A program made the position numbers and the translations under genes. Under the pieces are notes generated by a model. The model was not told the origin of the DNA and made no database searches. It was given only the letters and a program-made list of their open reading frames with translations. A DNA stretch of 64,000 nucleotides from a virus, in IMG/VR virus record IMGVR_UViG_3300021405_000012, positions 3,855-67,854 of that record; one strand, written 5' to 3'. Below, piece after piece: positions 16,601-24,600 of the stretch (positions are counted from its first letter, which is position 1; the number at the start of each line of letters is the position of its first letter).

Positions 16601-18146
16601 GCTTCGAAGTTTCACTGGGTATCTCCTCTTCGCCCACGATTGTAGGTGCGACATCCACATTCGTGGACGCTGGGATTGGCTCTTCGGCTAGAATTGCAGG
16701 CTGAGCTTGCCCGAGCTCGGCGGCACGCCCGCTACGGGTTTGCCGTGACCCCCTGGTTTCCTTGGGGGCAGCCGCCGGTTTGGTAGCTGCCCCCGATTTG
16801 CCCGTCTCCCCAGAGTTCCGGGCAAATTCCTTCTCCTGGCGCGCAACTTCGTCGTTGATGATCGATTGGGCGACCGAGGCGGCTTGTTTCTCATTTTCGA
16901 TAATGTGTAACTGGCCGTCTGGCCCAACGATTTTCCCCTGTTGCAGCAACACTTTAGACAGGGTTTCATGGGCTTCCATGACGCCTTGGGCGCGCAGGTT
17001 CTCCGGCAGCTTGACCAGCAGTTTGGCGATTCCAGAGACCGTATCCGAGGAAATGTGGCCCTGCTGGATGTCCTGGGGCAGAGGTGGGCCTTGCGGGGTT
17101 GGCTCCGGTTCTACAGGGGGCATGCCACGCACCACGCGGGCGGCTGCGGTGCGTTTGGCGGCGGCGGCGACCAGAGCGCTGGCTCCGTTGTCGGGCGGCC
17201 CTGCAGGGGCGGTTTGCTGGCCTTCGATGGTGGGAGGCTCCAAACCGGGACCCGCAGGCCGATTTCCCCGAGGGATGACAGTCTCACCCCGAAACGACCC
17301 TACTCCACCGCGCAGGCGGATTTCTTCAGGAGTGACCGCGATGCCAGCGCCAGCACGGCCATTGGCAACGGTTGCAGCCGCCCGAGTCCCTTCCGGACCG
17401 CTTTCCATGGAGAACTTGGGCCGCAGCCGGTTGGCGTCTGCGGCGAAGTAGGCGCTCAGCCCGGTCTTGGTGGCAATCTCCGAGCGTTCCATGGGGGTGA
17501 GTTCATCCCAGTGGTCGTGGAGCTGCTTGGCTCCGTCGATCGCGCCCGCGCCGAGCATGGTGCGGAAACCGCCGCTGATGATTTTTTGCAGGATGGGTCG
17601 GGCGGCCGCGCTCGCGAAGAAAGGCCAGTTGCGCACATCGCCGACCGTGCCGCCAGCGAATTCGCCGACACCCTTGATGGCTCCCATGGTCTTCGGGGCA
17701 TAAAACTCCATCGCTTTGACCGCATCGCCTTGGGGCGCTCCCGGTTTCAGTTCTGGCCGGAGAATCGGTTGCAACACAACTGAAGCCGCGCCCTCGGCAA
17801 TCTCGCCGCCAGCCTTCGCGGTGCGCGCAGCTGCGCGTTCGAACGGCTGCACCAGTGTGCGGTTCGCCAGATCCAGCGCGGGCACCGCCGCCTGCGGCAC
17901 CATTTCGCCGAGACGTTCTTCGGGCGTGGGCTGGTTCGGAGCGGCTTGATAGCTGGAACCGGTGCGCTGGGCGGGGGGCAGAACTTCGGGGTGAAGGATG
18001 CTGGGACGGGCTGGGGCTGCGGCTACAGCGGGCGGAATCGGCTCTTCGCCGACTATCTGGAACTTCGGGGCGGAGGAAGGGCGGGGTTGAGCGCTGGGCG
18101 CAGGGATGGGCTCTTCGCCAACAATCTGATAGGTGGGGTCGGGCAC
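7611..18146 (-). CDS. Giant polyvalent virion/ejection protein (DarB-like): His phosphatase, 2H phosphoesterase, amino-methyltransferase, Strawberry-notch SF2 helicase, helical C-terminal region
   Basis: RHG...TSDLPRA..TA...VVTHS; HVT...HAT; YSTPAPLA, EPTAGNG, NPPF; DQTGIGKGRQ, DESH, SAT, QMLGRINRTGQ; last of the ejection-type genes. Confidence 0.88.
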   Translation of the reverse strand: MPDPTYQIVGEEPIPAPSAQPRPSSAPKFQIVGEEPIPPAVAAAPARPSILHPEVLPPAQRTGSSYQAAPNQPTPEERLGEMVPQAAVPALDLANRTLVQPFERAAARTAKAGGEIAEGAASVVLQPILRPELKPGAPQGDAVKAMEFYAPKTMGAIKGVGEFAGGTVGDVRNWPFFASAAARPILQKIISGGFRTMLGAGAIDGAKQLHDHWDELTPMERSEIATKTGLSAYFAADANRLRPKFSMESGPEGTRAAATVANGRAGAGIAVTPEEIRLRGGVGSFRGETVIPRGNRPAGPGLEPPTIEGQQTAPAGPPDNGASALVAAAAKRTAAARVVRGMPPVEPEPTPQGPPLPQDIQQGHISSDTVSGIAKLLVKLPENLRAQGVMEAHETLSKVLLQQGKIVGPDGQLHIIENEKQAASVAQSIINDEVARQEKEFARNSGETGKSGAATKPAAAPKETRGSRQTRSGRAAELGQAQPAILAEEPIPASTNVDVAPTIVGEEEIPSETSKPAVLAADEHDRANQREDVSTAAAGSTAAAAGTNLPERNIDTRTGGGEVSGAAAPGQGVAGSFAKGSRIQIGAAGNTEAEIKHDGLIGGLRTVRVKFDEPTQLPWMSEPKSTTTIPKRHHATLSAAGEKQVEQTAKTDIKAGEIIFGRHGATKLDQAGGRETVAGWSDESLDERGKAAAQKMAADLKGNPPTAIVTSDLPRAKETADIVGKALGVPVEADERLRPQRMPETEGKQVSDIQHIRDHYKAHPDEVPKGGESYNQAKERQDEALAEIEGMAKAGKRPLVVTHSTNLEMELGEKPEPGGIVTKSMGLKGGSSEPAKGAVFPAKRNITQHGFDHSIETGPDVGQKVRAEKPAVPRGAGTVRLYRGEADKPETLYKFGSTQANIPKESEAAKALEAARARISKADLAGDGKDIGEGGNHVTVRYGIKGDDVEGVKKYLAGLAPFEATLGKTDKFPPSEHSDGAAVIIAPIEAPELHRINGELEKHGDFKKPDFEYRPHATIAYVRPDRAERHVGMELTKGKQFTVSEIAITDRQGKQEVVKLAGEKPAKYVLPSFVTHGLKKGEEKPKFTVKKADIVPTPEGSYEARPHAEEPKKPGWADIQKGKTSKGAAALTEHLLEKIAAGEMPKDNPALKKLVDAFDGKPADPARMKQAQEALEVAVVQRARDIVDAGENTRETFDKLVDLYNSQPNLNIRTSTSIENQAYSTPAPLAYLADKLAGVDKNSSLYEPTAGNGMLTIAANPKKTRVNELNPERMAALQKQGYQEVTQRDAAEAWSPAHKATLGKAYDAVVANPPFGSVKDAQGKATKERVDGYKIGQIDHLIAARALDAMKDDGKATLILGANKFTPGGQSTDDNIFLNWLYSHYDVSGHFEIEGKLYGRQGAAWPVRVIAIGGRQTSSAIAPPVESIQRLESWDQVYEQFSEIMAAEPRPARERGADSSLQRQPADESQPVRNTPGAAPEKTDRGRPGAGAAGAVERSGESVGPVSDRNAGRDGRVAVSDPSLRPDADIAHSDRLEKGHKPESRPERVANSRPDNGSPSAISPKSNDFQTPYTPASEKKDANVLIPVNMKSPLEQAMNVLEDEVGNLDKYVAKELGYPSVDDLHNAFMGLQVDSVAAAIHEIQQGKAIVIADQTGIGKGRQAAAIIRWAAKKGDIPVFITKAPSLFTDMYGDLSDIGTDDVNPFIVNSDEWITRPDGSRAFANKPNHRKLIEQIRNTGTLPAGRNAVFLTYSQVNVHNAQQGMLMSLARKAIFVLDESHNAGGSSNTGDFLRGLLADAKGVTYLSATYAKRPDNMPLYFKTDMGEAIGDSGTLVQAMKDGGLPLQTVVSNNLVKAGQMFRRERSYDGISMATKVDTEHRAEHTKIADGATSALRAIVDADKSFHTTYVGEAQKAAVAENKANKIVGGGNEAGKSVHHTEFSSVVHNFVRQMLLGIKANTAADDAIASIKRGEKPVIAVDNTMGSFLSAYVGDKGLQPGDRLEDFDYRNVLSRALDRSRYLQITDAMGNKTKKYVPLDELDPVTRHAYDDAQKTIDKLKIDLPVSPIDWIRQRIEDAGYTVAEITGRNLSVDYSNPEQPKLSHVPLKEQNDKVETIRRFNDGRLDSLLLNVAGSTGISAHASEKFKDQKPRHMIVAQPAQDINIFMQMLGRINRTGQVRLPGYTILNADLPAEKRPTALLSKKMKSLNANTSSNTESATSVKAADMLNKYGDQIVGNYLGDNAELASMLHVTPLNEDGSPTEDIARKATGRLAILPVKVQEAFYNEVEQQYNDYIAYLDSTNQNELEPKTFDYDAKETRGYELVAATNPASPFGEAATYGEYSIKSQGKPLAPDEVTASIKEHLDGKTPSAHSKELIEKLDGELTYYKQTLDPASPTVGQSEIVARTARDFIRDHEIGSTWRVEINGDLYNAAVVNIRSTHKGTGNPFALSKINVTLATNGSLRTLAVPATQVQRIEERKLYDKPEDIFRGTKAETRETAKIITGNLLAAYGELTDTRGTIINFTKADGTTEQGILLPKKFDFSKNTKGDYRLRDAAHALKFLRKTVNPRIEDMGIASRDGNVRVVNDAGKLAIVTPRAKARGGKYFLDHGITDLTGDFVSQQNTMRAAIPKGKETQVIEELLKKTTLYASPSMAEEAKSFAPKEAPAPKAENLLTGESGEANLSKLGEAAVDAAGAVKSYLTDVKAATKIARDIEHQLETLETRKDARKLRARDAFLEAKKAGLTKADDEAIYHHLEDQESDELTDAQENRFDDMLPIAERNEKAYTELTAGGVPLENYVHRTVKGKGGALDRIAQKIRTSVGGKGLSKSAPQTKTRTMMAIENDSGDRRVISIKGGHATMWQEGEPTELGEIKNANGRTDEENETFPEGQPNSAFYDKGKIVEGPDGYDWKVVQATTREIEDNTDMEYYHSALASLLVSNIQLESALDAMHFIEGLKASPEFKDIAWKGSGNPPKGWKSTQLPQFHGYYFEPRTSEVLDRYADSLKGGEANVLDQVGKFMRLVMLLNPLMHAGNVGMDWLVEKGLHGFFPTNYVRMYRTSSKALHAVLTKNDDFKAALDAGAALQSHRELTQDVTKLFYERLAEGLGKKEPWAMRIADAIGLTEAKYAYILGPLKTLSNFVAWHSSDFFLLQSAYEKQAKGMSFEDALADTVRILADYRVPTRIADSTMLSKAFRSPKVFIFGPWHYHLLKAPFEMGKAALGLKEPTGDNSKAGEVGTAWSQWAMLALLMYGILPWLDDKAKELGHDAHLAVKRFGLVGFMEAVDKMARREAGVGATAQRVLMPSPLLKGGMDLLNNRESYSGRNIVDPHATWSTQRDELGHYVIGEMGQIGQAERAWSSAEQRKKFWLQQLGLKSVKTPAERVAADIAMTKVGTEAVDPEEQQVYSRRREILDALRKGDSKPLSEARAKHQITLTQEKQLRERARLTPLQDTVHGFSYSEIMRVYEAAKRDGDKKAMEELHREVRQKRMNLLEKGERAETEKAEAAAQ
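13460..13747 (-). CDS. Nested acidic helical protein in the +1 frame within the giant gene (start could be 13834)
   Basis: MNRSLYETLLEQRLRKLIEDDPEQAQQ...; codons end mostly in G/C in this frame while the giant frame switches to GGA/CGA/CCT/GCA. Confidence 0.65.
   Translation of the reverse strand: MNRSLYETLLEQRLRKLIEDDPEQAQQVLSSDPENLSDLYQIAMQDETEEWPSQILACGQMQTLLTRIDWKKGTSLSLDPSELPTLDQITEALAQ
16346..16615 (-). CDS. Second nested protein in the +1 frame within the giant gene
   Basis: GAGGAG-N7-GTG start; G/C-ending codons in the nested frame; amphipathic helix LTLEQVAEKYLELLPRAKELLE. Confidence 0.5.
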   Translation of the reverse strand: MKLRSQRYSQQTSTIELISARTFRLLLPDPPPPLPEPTCLSETLTLEQVAEKYLELLPRAKELLEASQRAAGSKSAPPATPKPKSSTMA

Positions 18147-18171
18147 AGCAGGTTGAGGTTCACAGCGGGAA

Positions 18172-18199
18172 ATATCACGAAATCAACAATTTGTGATAT
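18172..18199. promoter_or_regulatory. Inverted repeat, possible operator upstream of the giant gene
   Basis: ATATCAC...GTGATAT arms in an AT-rich intergenic spacer. Confidence 0.5.
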
Positions 18200-18215
18200 C
18201 CCCCGCCAGTCACGA

Positions 18216-18231
18216 TGTTCCACGTGGAACG
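18216..18231. other. parS: parS-like centromere site
   Basis: TGTTCCACGTGGAACG, 15/16 match to the TGTTCCACGTGGAACA variant of bacterial parS; intergenic. Confidence 0.7.
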
Positions 18232-18804
18232 CTAGGATGTCGGGCCGAGGTTGCTGGCATCCGGCATCTGCACCAGGTTGTCGCTGCCCATGGCAGTCTC
18301 GACGTTGACCTGTTCCGCCTGGCCTGCTTCGCCGACGGCGGCGGGCGCGATCGCGGAGGGCTGGCCGCCAGGGTCTGGGCCTTTGTCGTAGGCGGCAATC
18401 TGGGCTTGCAACTCGACGATGTGGCCACCCAGTTCGAGATTGGTTTTTCGTAGTGCCTCGATCTCGGCGTCCTTTGCGAACAGCGCTTCGCTGCCTTGAT
18501 CGACGGCGGCTTCGGGTTGTGCGACTCGGGCCTGATCGCTCGTTTCCGACCAGCCGTGATAGTACTCGCCCGTCGGCTGATACGGCACCTGATCGACGAC
18601 ACTGAAGGCGTCAACCCAGTTGGCATCGCGCAGCAGGCCAAAATTCTTGGGTTCGATGATGGCGAGCTTCGCAGTCGGGACGGCATCATCCTTCGCGCTG
18701 GCGGGCAAAACGTCATAGGCGAGCAGGAAGGCATCGAGCGACTGGGCTTCGGGGTGGGTGCGGAAATAGTGGACAGCGGAGCCGATCTTTACGGGCTGGT
18801 GCAT
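18232..18804 (-). CDS. Hypothetical protein
   Basis: AAGGAG RBS; short coiled coil. Confidence 0.75.
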   Translation of the reverse strand: MHQPVKIGSAVHYFRTHPEAQSLDAFLLAYDVLPASAKDDAVPTAKLAIIEPKNFGLLRDANWVDAFSVVDQVPYQPTGEYYHGWSETSDQARVAQPEAAVDQGSEALFAKDAEIEALRKTNLELGGHIVELQAQIAAYDKGPDPGGQPSAIAPAAVGEAGQAEQVNVETAMGSDNLVQMPDASNLGPTS

Positions 18805-18818
18805 GACAAGTTCTCCTT

Positions 18819-20114
18819 TTAGGGTGTGCCCGCGGCTGCGACAGGTTTCGGCGTGCCGTCGGGTTGAATATCGAATTTCGCGGTGCGGCCACCGCCGACA
18901 TCGACGGTGACTCGCTTATTTTCCTTGCCTTTGAAAAAGTCTTTGGGGAACTGCGGAGTCTCGGCCTGTGGCGCCGCTGCCGGTTTCGCTGCTGGCGCGG
19001 CGGCTGGGGGTGGCGTCTTCGGCGCGGGCTTCCCATTCCAGGCGGTCACATCCTGATGTGCTGGCGTTCCGCCGAGGGCGGTGATCTCAGCTTCGTAGGC
19101 ATCCTGCGCCTGCTGCTGCGCTTCCATGAAATCGTCGTGGGCGTCCTGGTTGGCCTTGATGTCAAGCTGGTTGTATTCGCCCTTCTCGTCGGGTGTGAGA
19201 CTCAGGTTGCGTGTGGCTTTCACGTACTCGTTGTGGGCCTTGGTGAGCGCGCTGGCTTTCTTCGCTTCCGCCCCTGCGAACTGGGCAGGTTTGGCTTTGC
19301 CCGCCAGTTGTTCGCGGAATTCGAGCAACTCCTTCCGCAGCGCCAGCGTGTCCTCACCATTTTTCTGCTTTACCTCTAGGGCCTTTTGCGCCTGATCCAG
19401 CTTGTCCTGCGCTCCCTGCAAGTTGTTCGTCGCGATCTGCTGCTTGATGTCGGCGATGTTGTTTTTGTACTCGGCGTTGCTCTGGTCGCGCTGGGTCTCC
19501 CGGTCGAGGTTGGCTACTTTGTAGCGCCGTTCCCAGTTTTCGCCGGTGATTTTGGCCGCAGCTTCTGCCGGGGCGAGTTGCTCGCGTTCGGCGGCCATTT
19601 GCTTATCGAGGGCGCCAGACTTCTGCTGGTAATCGTTTTCCGCGCGGTTATATCCTCCCCATTCGAGATCATGTAAGGCGTTTCCCGCGCGCGGGGAAAT
19701 CACCGACGCAGCTGCCGTGCCAATCCGCTTCCAGAGCGCAGGCTTATATTGTTCCGCCGATGGAGGCTTGAGGGCTGCGCGTTGCGTTCCCAAGTCCTGC
19801 ATCTTGCTGGTGATGTTGCGGAGATTCTGCATCTCCGGGCTATTCGAGACGGCGTTCGGGTCTAGCGCGGGATCATCCGACGGCATCCCGGCTGCGCGCG
19901 GAACCCGTTCGGCGGTGACGGCTGGCGTGACCGCAGGTGTCATTCCCGCTGCCGGAGCTGCTGCTGGCGGTTGCATGGCTCCCGGCACGGCTCCGGGGTA
20001 CGGTGTCGAGCCGGGCGCGAATCCCGGAGGCGCGGCTGCGCCATTGGGCGGCTGCATGGCTGGGCGTGCGGCCAGAAGCGCCTTCAGTCCTTCGGGGATT
20101 TGATCGAGTGCCAT
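18819..20114 (-). CDS. Putative internal virion/DNA ejection protein
   Basis: Pro/Ala-rich ends, long Q/A/K coiled coil; lies between the pilot-like gene and the giant gene. Confidence 0.6.
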   Translation of the reverse strand: MALDQIPEGLKALLAARPAMQPPNGAAAPPGFAPGSTPYPGAVPGAMQPPAAAPAAGMTPAVTPAVTAERVPRAAGMPSDDPALDPNAVSNSPEMQNLRNITSKMQDLGTQRAALKPPSAEQYKPALWKRIGTAAASVISPRAGNALHDLEWGGYNRAENDYQQKSGALDKQMAAEREQLAPAEAAAKITGENWERRYKVANLDRETQRDQSNAEYKNNIADIKQQIATNNLQGAQDKLDQAQKALEVKQKNGEDTLALRKELLEFREQLAGKAKPAQFAGAEAKKASALTKAHNEYVKATRNLSLTPDEKGEYNQLDIKANQDAHDDFMEAQQQAQDAYEAEITALGGTPAHQDVTAWNGKPAPKTPPPAAAPAAKPAAAPQAETPQFPKDFFKGKENKRVTVDVGGGRTAKFDIQPDGTPKPVAAAGTP

Positions 20115-20124
20115 TTATAGCTCC

Positions 20125-20697
20125 CTAGGAGCCCCGTCCTGCACTTGCCGCTCCGCTGGTGACGCCCTGAATCAGCGAGTTCCATGGGCCATACGCCGCA
20201 ATTCCCAGCTGAGTGAGCGCTTGATTCGAAGCGTCCGTCCCACCCACTGAGGTCGAGTAGTACGGGCTTTCCGCTTGCGCGCCCGCGAGCGGCATTTCTG
20301 CCATGCCGGTCTGGTAGGCGACGTTTTTGTTGTAGTCGCCGGCGGCGCGTTCGGCGGAGAGTTGATCTGCCAGCCGTCCGGTCTGCAACCCGGTGTCGCG
20401 GATCGCGCCGTAGGCGGAAGCGTTATTCATCCCGCCGGTGCGGCGGTTGACTGCCGCCAGTTGCTGGTCGGTGGCGTTCTTGTTGGCATTCAGTGCGCCC
20501 GATTGCAGGCGGTTGACGTTCGAAAGATATGCCGGCTTCTGCCAGGGGTTTGGAGCTACATCCTGCCCGCTCTCGAGCTTTTTCAGGTTGTTTCCGAACT
20601 GCGAGATGTAGCCTTGCCCGGCCCCGAAGGCGGTGCCCTGGTTGGCCGTCATCGTGCTCGACTGCGAGGTATCTTGAGATTGCCCGGTACGAGCCAT
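20125..20697 (-). CDS. Putative pilot/ejection protein
   Basis: G/A/Q/N/S-rich composition typical of podovirus ejection proteins; position. Confidence 0.55.
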   Translation of the reverse strand: MARTGQSQDTSQSSTMTANQGTAFGAGQGYISQFGNNLKKLESGQDVAPNPWQKPAYLSNVNRLQSGALNANKNATDQQLAAVNRRTGGMNNASAYGAIRDTGLQTGRLADQLSAERAAGDYNKNVAYQTGMAEMPLAGAQAESPYYSTSVGGTDASNQALTQLGIAAYGPWNSLIQGVTSGAASAGRGS

Positions 20698-21168
20698 TTA
20701 GGCCACCTGTGCTTTCGCCTTGGCCTTCAGTTGCGGGAGCCACTTATAGAACTGGGTGAGCAGCTCGGGGTCTTCCTGGGTGAAGCCGAGCTTCTCGAAA
20801 ATGCGTGCGATTGCCGGCTTGCGGCTGCCTTTTGCTGGCCACATCATGGCGGCCGGCACAAACGATCTCACCACCCGCAGGCGATAGAACTGGGCCGCCG
20901 CGGTCAGCATGTGCAGCGGTTCCGCCAGTTCGGCCGGCGCGAGCACGTTGGCAGCTCCGCTTTGCAATTCCGCTTCAGCTTCGAGAAACAGCACATGACG
21001 GAGCACTCCATCCACCCGCCCGACCACGGCGGCGATGATGGGCTCTTCGAGCAGCTCCGAGCATTCGAGCCTGCGCCCTATCCGGCGTTCGAGTTCGGCG
21101 TGCAACAGCAGCCGTTCGGCCTCGTCTTCCTTGCAGTACCAGCTCCACACCACGCGCGGTTTTCTCAC
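20698..21168 (-). CDS. Hypothetical virion-assembly protein (possible degenerate GNAT fold)
   Basis: C-terminal RIFEKLGF motif; position after nozzle genes as in P22 gp14/T7 gp13-type layouts. Confidence 0.45.
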   Translation of the reverse strand: MRKPRVVWSWYCKEDEAERLLLHAELERRIGRRLECSELLEEPIIAAVVGRVDGVLRHVLFLEAEAELQSGAANVLAPAELAEPLHMLTAAAQFYRLRVVRSFVPAAMMWPAKGSRKPAIARIFEKLGFTQEDPELLTQFYKWLPQLKAKAKAQVA

Positions 21169-21623
21169 GCGGTTACCACTCCGCTGCGGATGGGCGGATT
21201 GAAGTTCTCGCCATCGAAACTGGATTGCACCCGGAAGTAGCCTGTCTGCGGCGATCCGACTTTCCCGCCTACATCTTCAACCGGCACGGTGTAGTAGGTC
21301 TGCGTCGAAATGGGGAAGGCGATCATGCCCGAAGCAAAATCCGGCCGCGTCGAAAACTCCACCAGATGCAGCAACGGGGTTTTGGGCAGGTTGCCGCGGT
21401 TGACATACTCGGGGTTGGTGATACGGATCACGAAGCGCCCCGAGCCAGTCACCGCCGAGACCGAAACTGCCGCCTGCGGCGGCGTCGACAGTAATGCTCC
21501 CGTCTTGGTTTCGAGACTCGATATCCGGGCTTCGTTGTTTTCGAGCAACTGCTGCAACTGGAAACTGCGCCCCTTGACTGCCGCCTGGGCGGCATCGCTG
21601 GGCTTGATTTTGGCGGTGCTCAT
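21165..21623 (-). CDS. Hypothetical virion protein
   Basis: ATG at 21623 overlaps the nozzle stop; short coil then beta-rich domain. Confidence 0.65.
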   Translation of the reverse strand: MSTAKIKPSDAAQAAVKGRSFQLQQLLENNEARISSLETKTGALLSTPPQAAVSVSAVTGSGRFVIRITNPEYVNRGNLPKTPLLHLVEFSTRPDFASGMIAFPISTQTYYTVPVEDVGGKVGSPQTGYFRVQSSFDGENFNPPIRSGVVTA

Positions 21624-24600
21624 ACCCCGGATGACTCCGCCGGCCGGCAGGGGTACTTCTCTTTCGACCAGATGGTGATTTCGTGGAGTTCGGCCCAACT
21701 GCCGGCCACCGCCGCGTTATTGAAATTGAGCGAGAACAGCTCTTTCTCCATCACCTCGCCGAGACTCTTCGCAAACTTGATGGGCGTGCCCGCCGTCTTC
21801 CCAACGGGCACCGTCAAAGCCACACTGGGCACTTTGGTTGCCGCCACCCCAAAGGTCGGGTCATCGGTGGTCTGGGTCATCACCATGGCGCCATTGCCGC
21901 GTGCCCGGCCGGTCACCATTTCCCAGCTCAGAATGCCGGCGCCGGTGGCGGGGCTTTGTCCCGCCGCCGGCATCGAGCGCGCAAACGCGGGCAGATACTG
22001 GAAGTCGATGCCAACCGCGGCACCGCCGGTGAAACTGTCATCCTGATAGCTGTCCGGCACTTCCATCTGCACCAGCGATGCGGCGAGATTGAGGGTGCCG
22101 GCGGCGATGCCAAACAGCGGCTGGAACTTGTTGATGCGGGGATCGACTTTGACCGCCAGCGTGCGCTGCATGTAGCGCACCTTGCGGCAGGCCAGCGGCC
22201 AGGTCGACCAGCGGCGGGAGTAGCGGTTGGGCTTGACCGAGCCATCCAGCATCACAATCAGCGGATCCTGCCAGCCCATCGAGTAGTCGAGACACATGAC
22301 GGTGTTGCAGGTAGTCGCGCCATTCAACGGCAGCAGGAAGAACACGCGATGGTTGTCTTCGTCGATTTCGATGGAGACTTCCCGCGAGGCATCCCAGTTG
22401 ACGGTGTCCCAGGTGGCTTGCTTCTCGTGGCCTATCCAGGTCAGCTCGCCTTCGAAGTAGCGATAAGGTCCGGTGCGCCGCGAGAACAGGATCATAAAAT
22501 CTTTGGCGACTTTGCAGGCGTCGGGACCAACCGGGCCGCGTTTGCGCCAGCGGTTGCCTACGCCCCACTGCGCCGGCGGGAGATCGCTCGGAGTGATGGC
22601 AAAGCCGCCATTTTCCTTGAGTGACAGCAGTTCTCCGTTCTGCATTTCGCGGAAGCAGATGGTGGGATAGCCGTCGTTGTCGTTGACCGCAAGAATCCCG
22701 TCTGGGCTTTGAATGTTTTCCGCGTCCCCAATGTTCGAAAAATAATGCGTGCTGGCCCCTCCGGGGGTATAGACCACGCGGTTTTGGCTTTCCGAGAAAG
22801 CGATGTCGATGGATTTGGGGGCGCCGATGGCGGTGAGCTGCGAGGTTACATCGCCGGAGTCGGCGCCGGAGTCGGCGAGGGTATTGTCATCGAAATTCAG
22901 GATGATGCCGGGGGCCCCAATCAGCACGCCGGCGGTTCCAGTGAAGGGCGCTCCCAGGATGGTCGACTGCCAGGTGACGACGCCGCCATTGCCGACCAGC
23001 GCCGGAGTAACCGTCTGCAACTCGCCAATCTGGCGATCGAGGGTCGCATCTCCAGTGGAAAACGCCGCGATGCGCATGCCGGGAGCCACGAAGCTGGCAT
23101 CGTCGACCGTGGCAATCACCTGGCCGTTCGCGAGCAGGCGCAGTGCGGTGATGTTGGCGATGGTGAGATTAAACGCCGAAGGTGGCTGCGCCGTGGGCAA
23201 AACCTGCTGCACGGTCAAGGTGCCATTGATGTTAGTGACTGAGCCGGTCGAAGTGGTGATATCGGCCAAAAGCACCGTGTTGCCGGTAATGGCGGCCACT
23301 CCAAACTGCACTCCATCGAGGTTGTTCAAAGGCGCGGGAATGCTGCCAAGGATGACGATATCGCCGAGCGAGATCCCGGAAGGGTCTTTGACATTCAACG
23401 TGATCCCGCCATTGGCGGCGGTGCAGGAGGTCACTACCGTCGAAAAGATGGCAGCGGGAATAGCTTCGGGAATCCAGGTAAACGGCCCGGCGGTGCCCGC
23501 GCCCGCCACCGTCAAAGCCACTACATCGAGCGCATCGTTATAGCCGGGCGGCAAGACTACGACGGGCGGCGGTCCGGGAACGGTGGTTATGGTGCCCTGG
23601 GCGCTGCCGGTGGTTCCGCTCATGGTCGAGGTTTGCCAGGTCACTGCTCCGGCGGGCAGCACGGAAGGAACAATCGAGAGCAAGGCAAAGGCGCCGCCAT
23701 CGAGCGTGGCGTCGGAAGCGTTGGCGACGAACAGCTCCTGCCCGACCGCGAGTTGGGTGATGTCATCGAGTTCCGCCGTCACCAGGCCCGCGCCGTTGCG
23801 GGCGATGGCGGTAATGTTGGCACTGAAGCTGCCAAGAAACTGGGCGGAAAGCACGGCGCCGGGATCGGCTGGCGAGAGGCTGTCATTGTAGTCGTCGCGC
23901 AGCACCACCAGATTGCGTTTGCCGCTTTCGCCGAGAAAGAGCAGGCCGGTCAGGGGTGCCGTCGATACCGTGAGTTGGGTATGCGCGCCGGTGCCGCTGA
24001 TGGCGGTGATGATGACTGGCGCTCCTGGACTCTGCGCGGCGGCGTAGAGCTTATAAGTGGTCGGCGCGGCCGCCGAGTGAGCGACTGAAGCTACATACAC
24101 ATTCATGCAGGCAAACGCCGCCGGCCAGGCGATAAGCGGGTCAGTCGAAGGATCGACCGCCGGAGTCCCGCCAACCAGCGGGAAAAAGATGGAAGCCAGC
24201 CAGCTCGGCATGCGCGGGCCGCCATAGCCGGCGGCGCCGTAAGTGGCGGGAACAACCGGGCCGGGCACTTCGCCATTTTTCTGGAAAAAGACTTCGAGAA
24301 CGTCATTCGCGGCGGTGTTCGAATACACAATGGGAACGGTCCAGATGCTTTCCCCGTTGGCGTTCTCGTAGGCGATTGCGACATACACATCGAGGCCGTT
24401 GCCGATGGTTCCGCCAGGTGCGCCGGCTTCGCCTTTGATCGAGAGAATCTGTTCAGGAGCCTCCGGGGCGGGCACATAGGCAGTGATGCCGGGGGTCCAT
24501 TCCGTCCAACTGATCTGGTTGGGGCCGGCATTGTCGACCACGAACGATGCGGTGAACGCGGTGCCTTGGAAGTAGCCATCGAAGGTTGGCCAGTTGGGCT

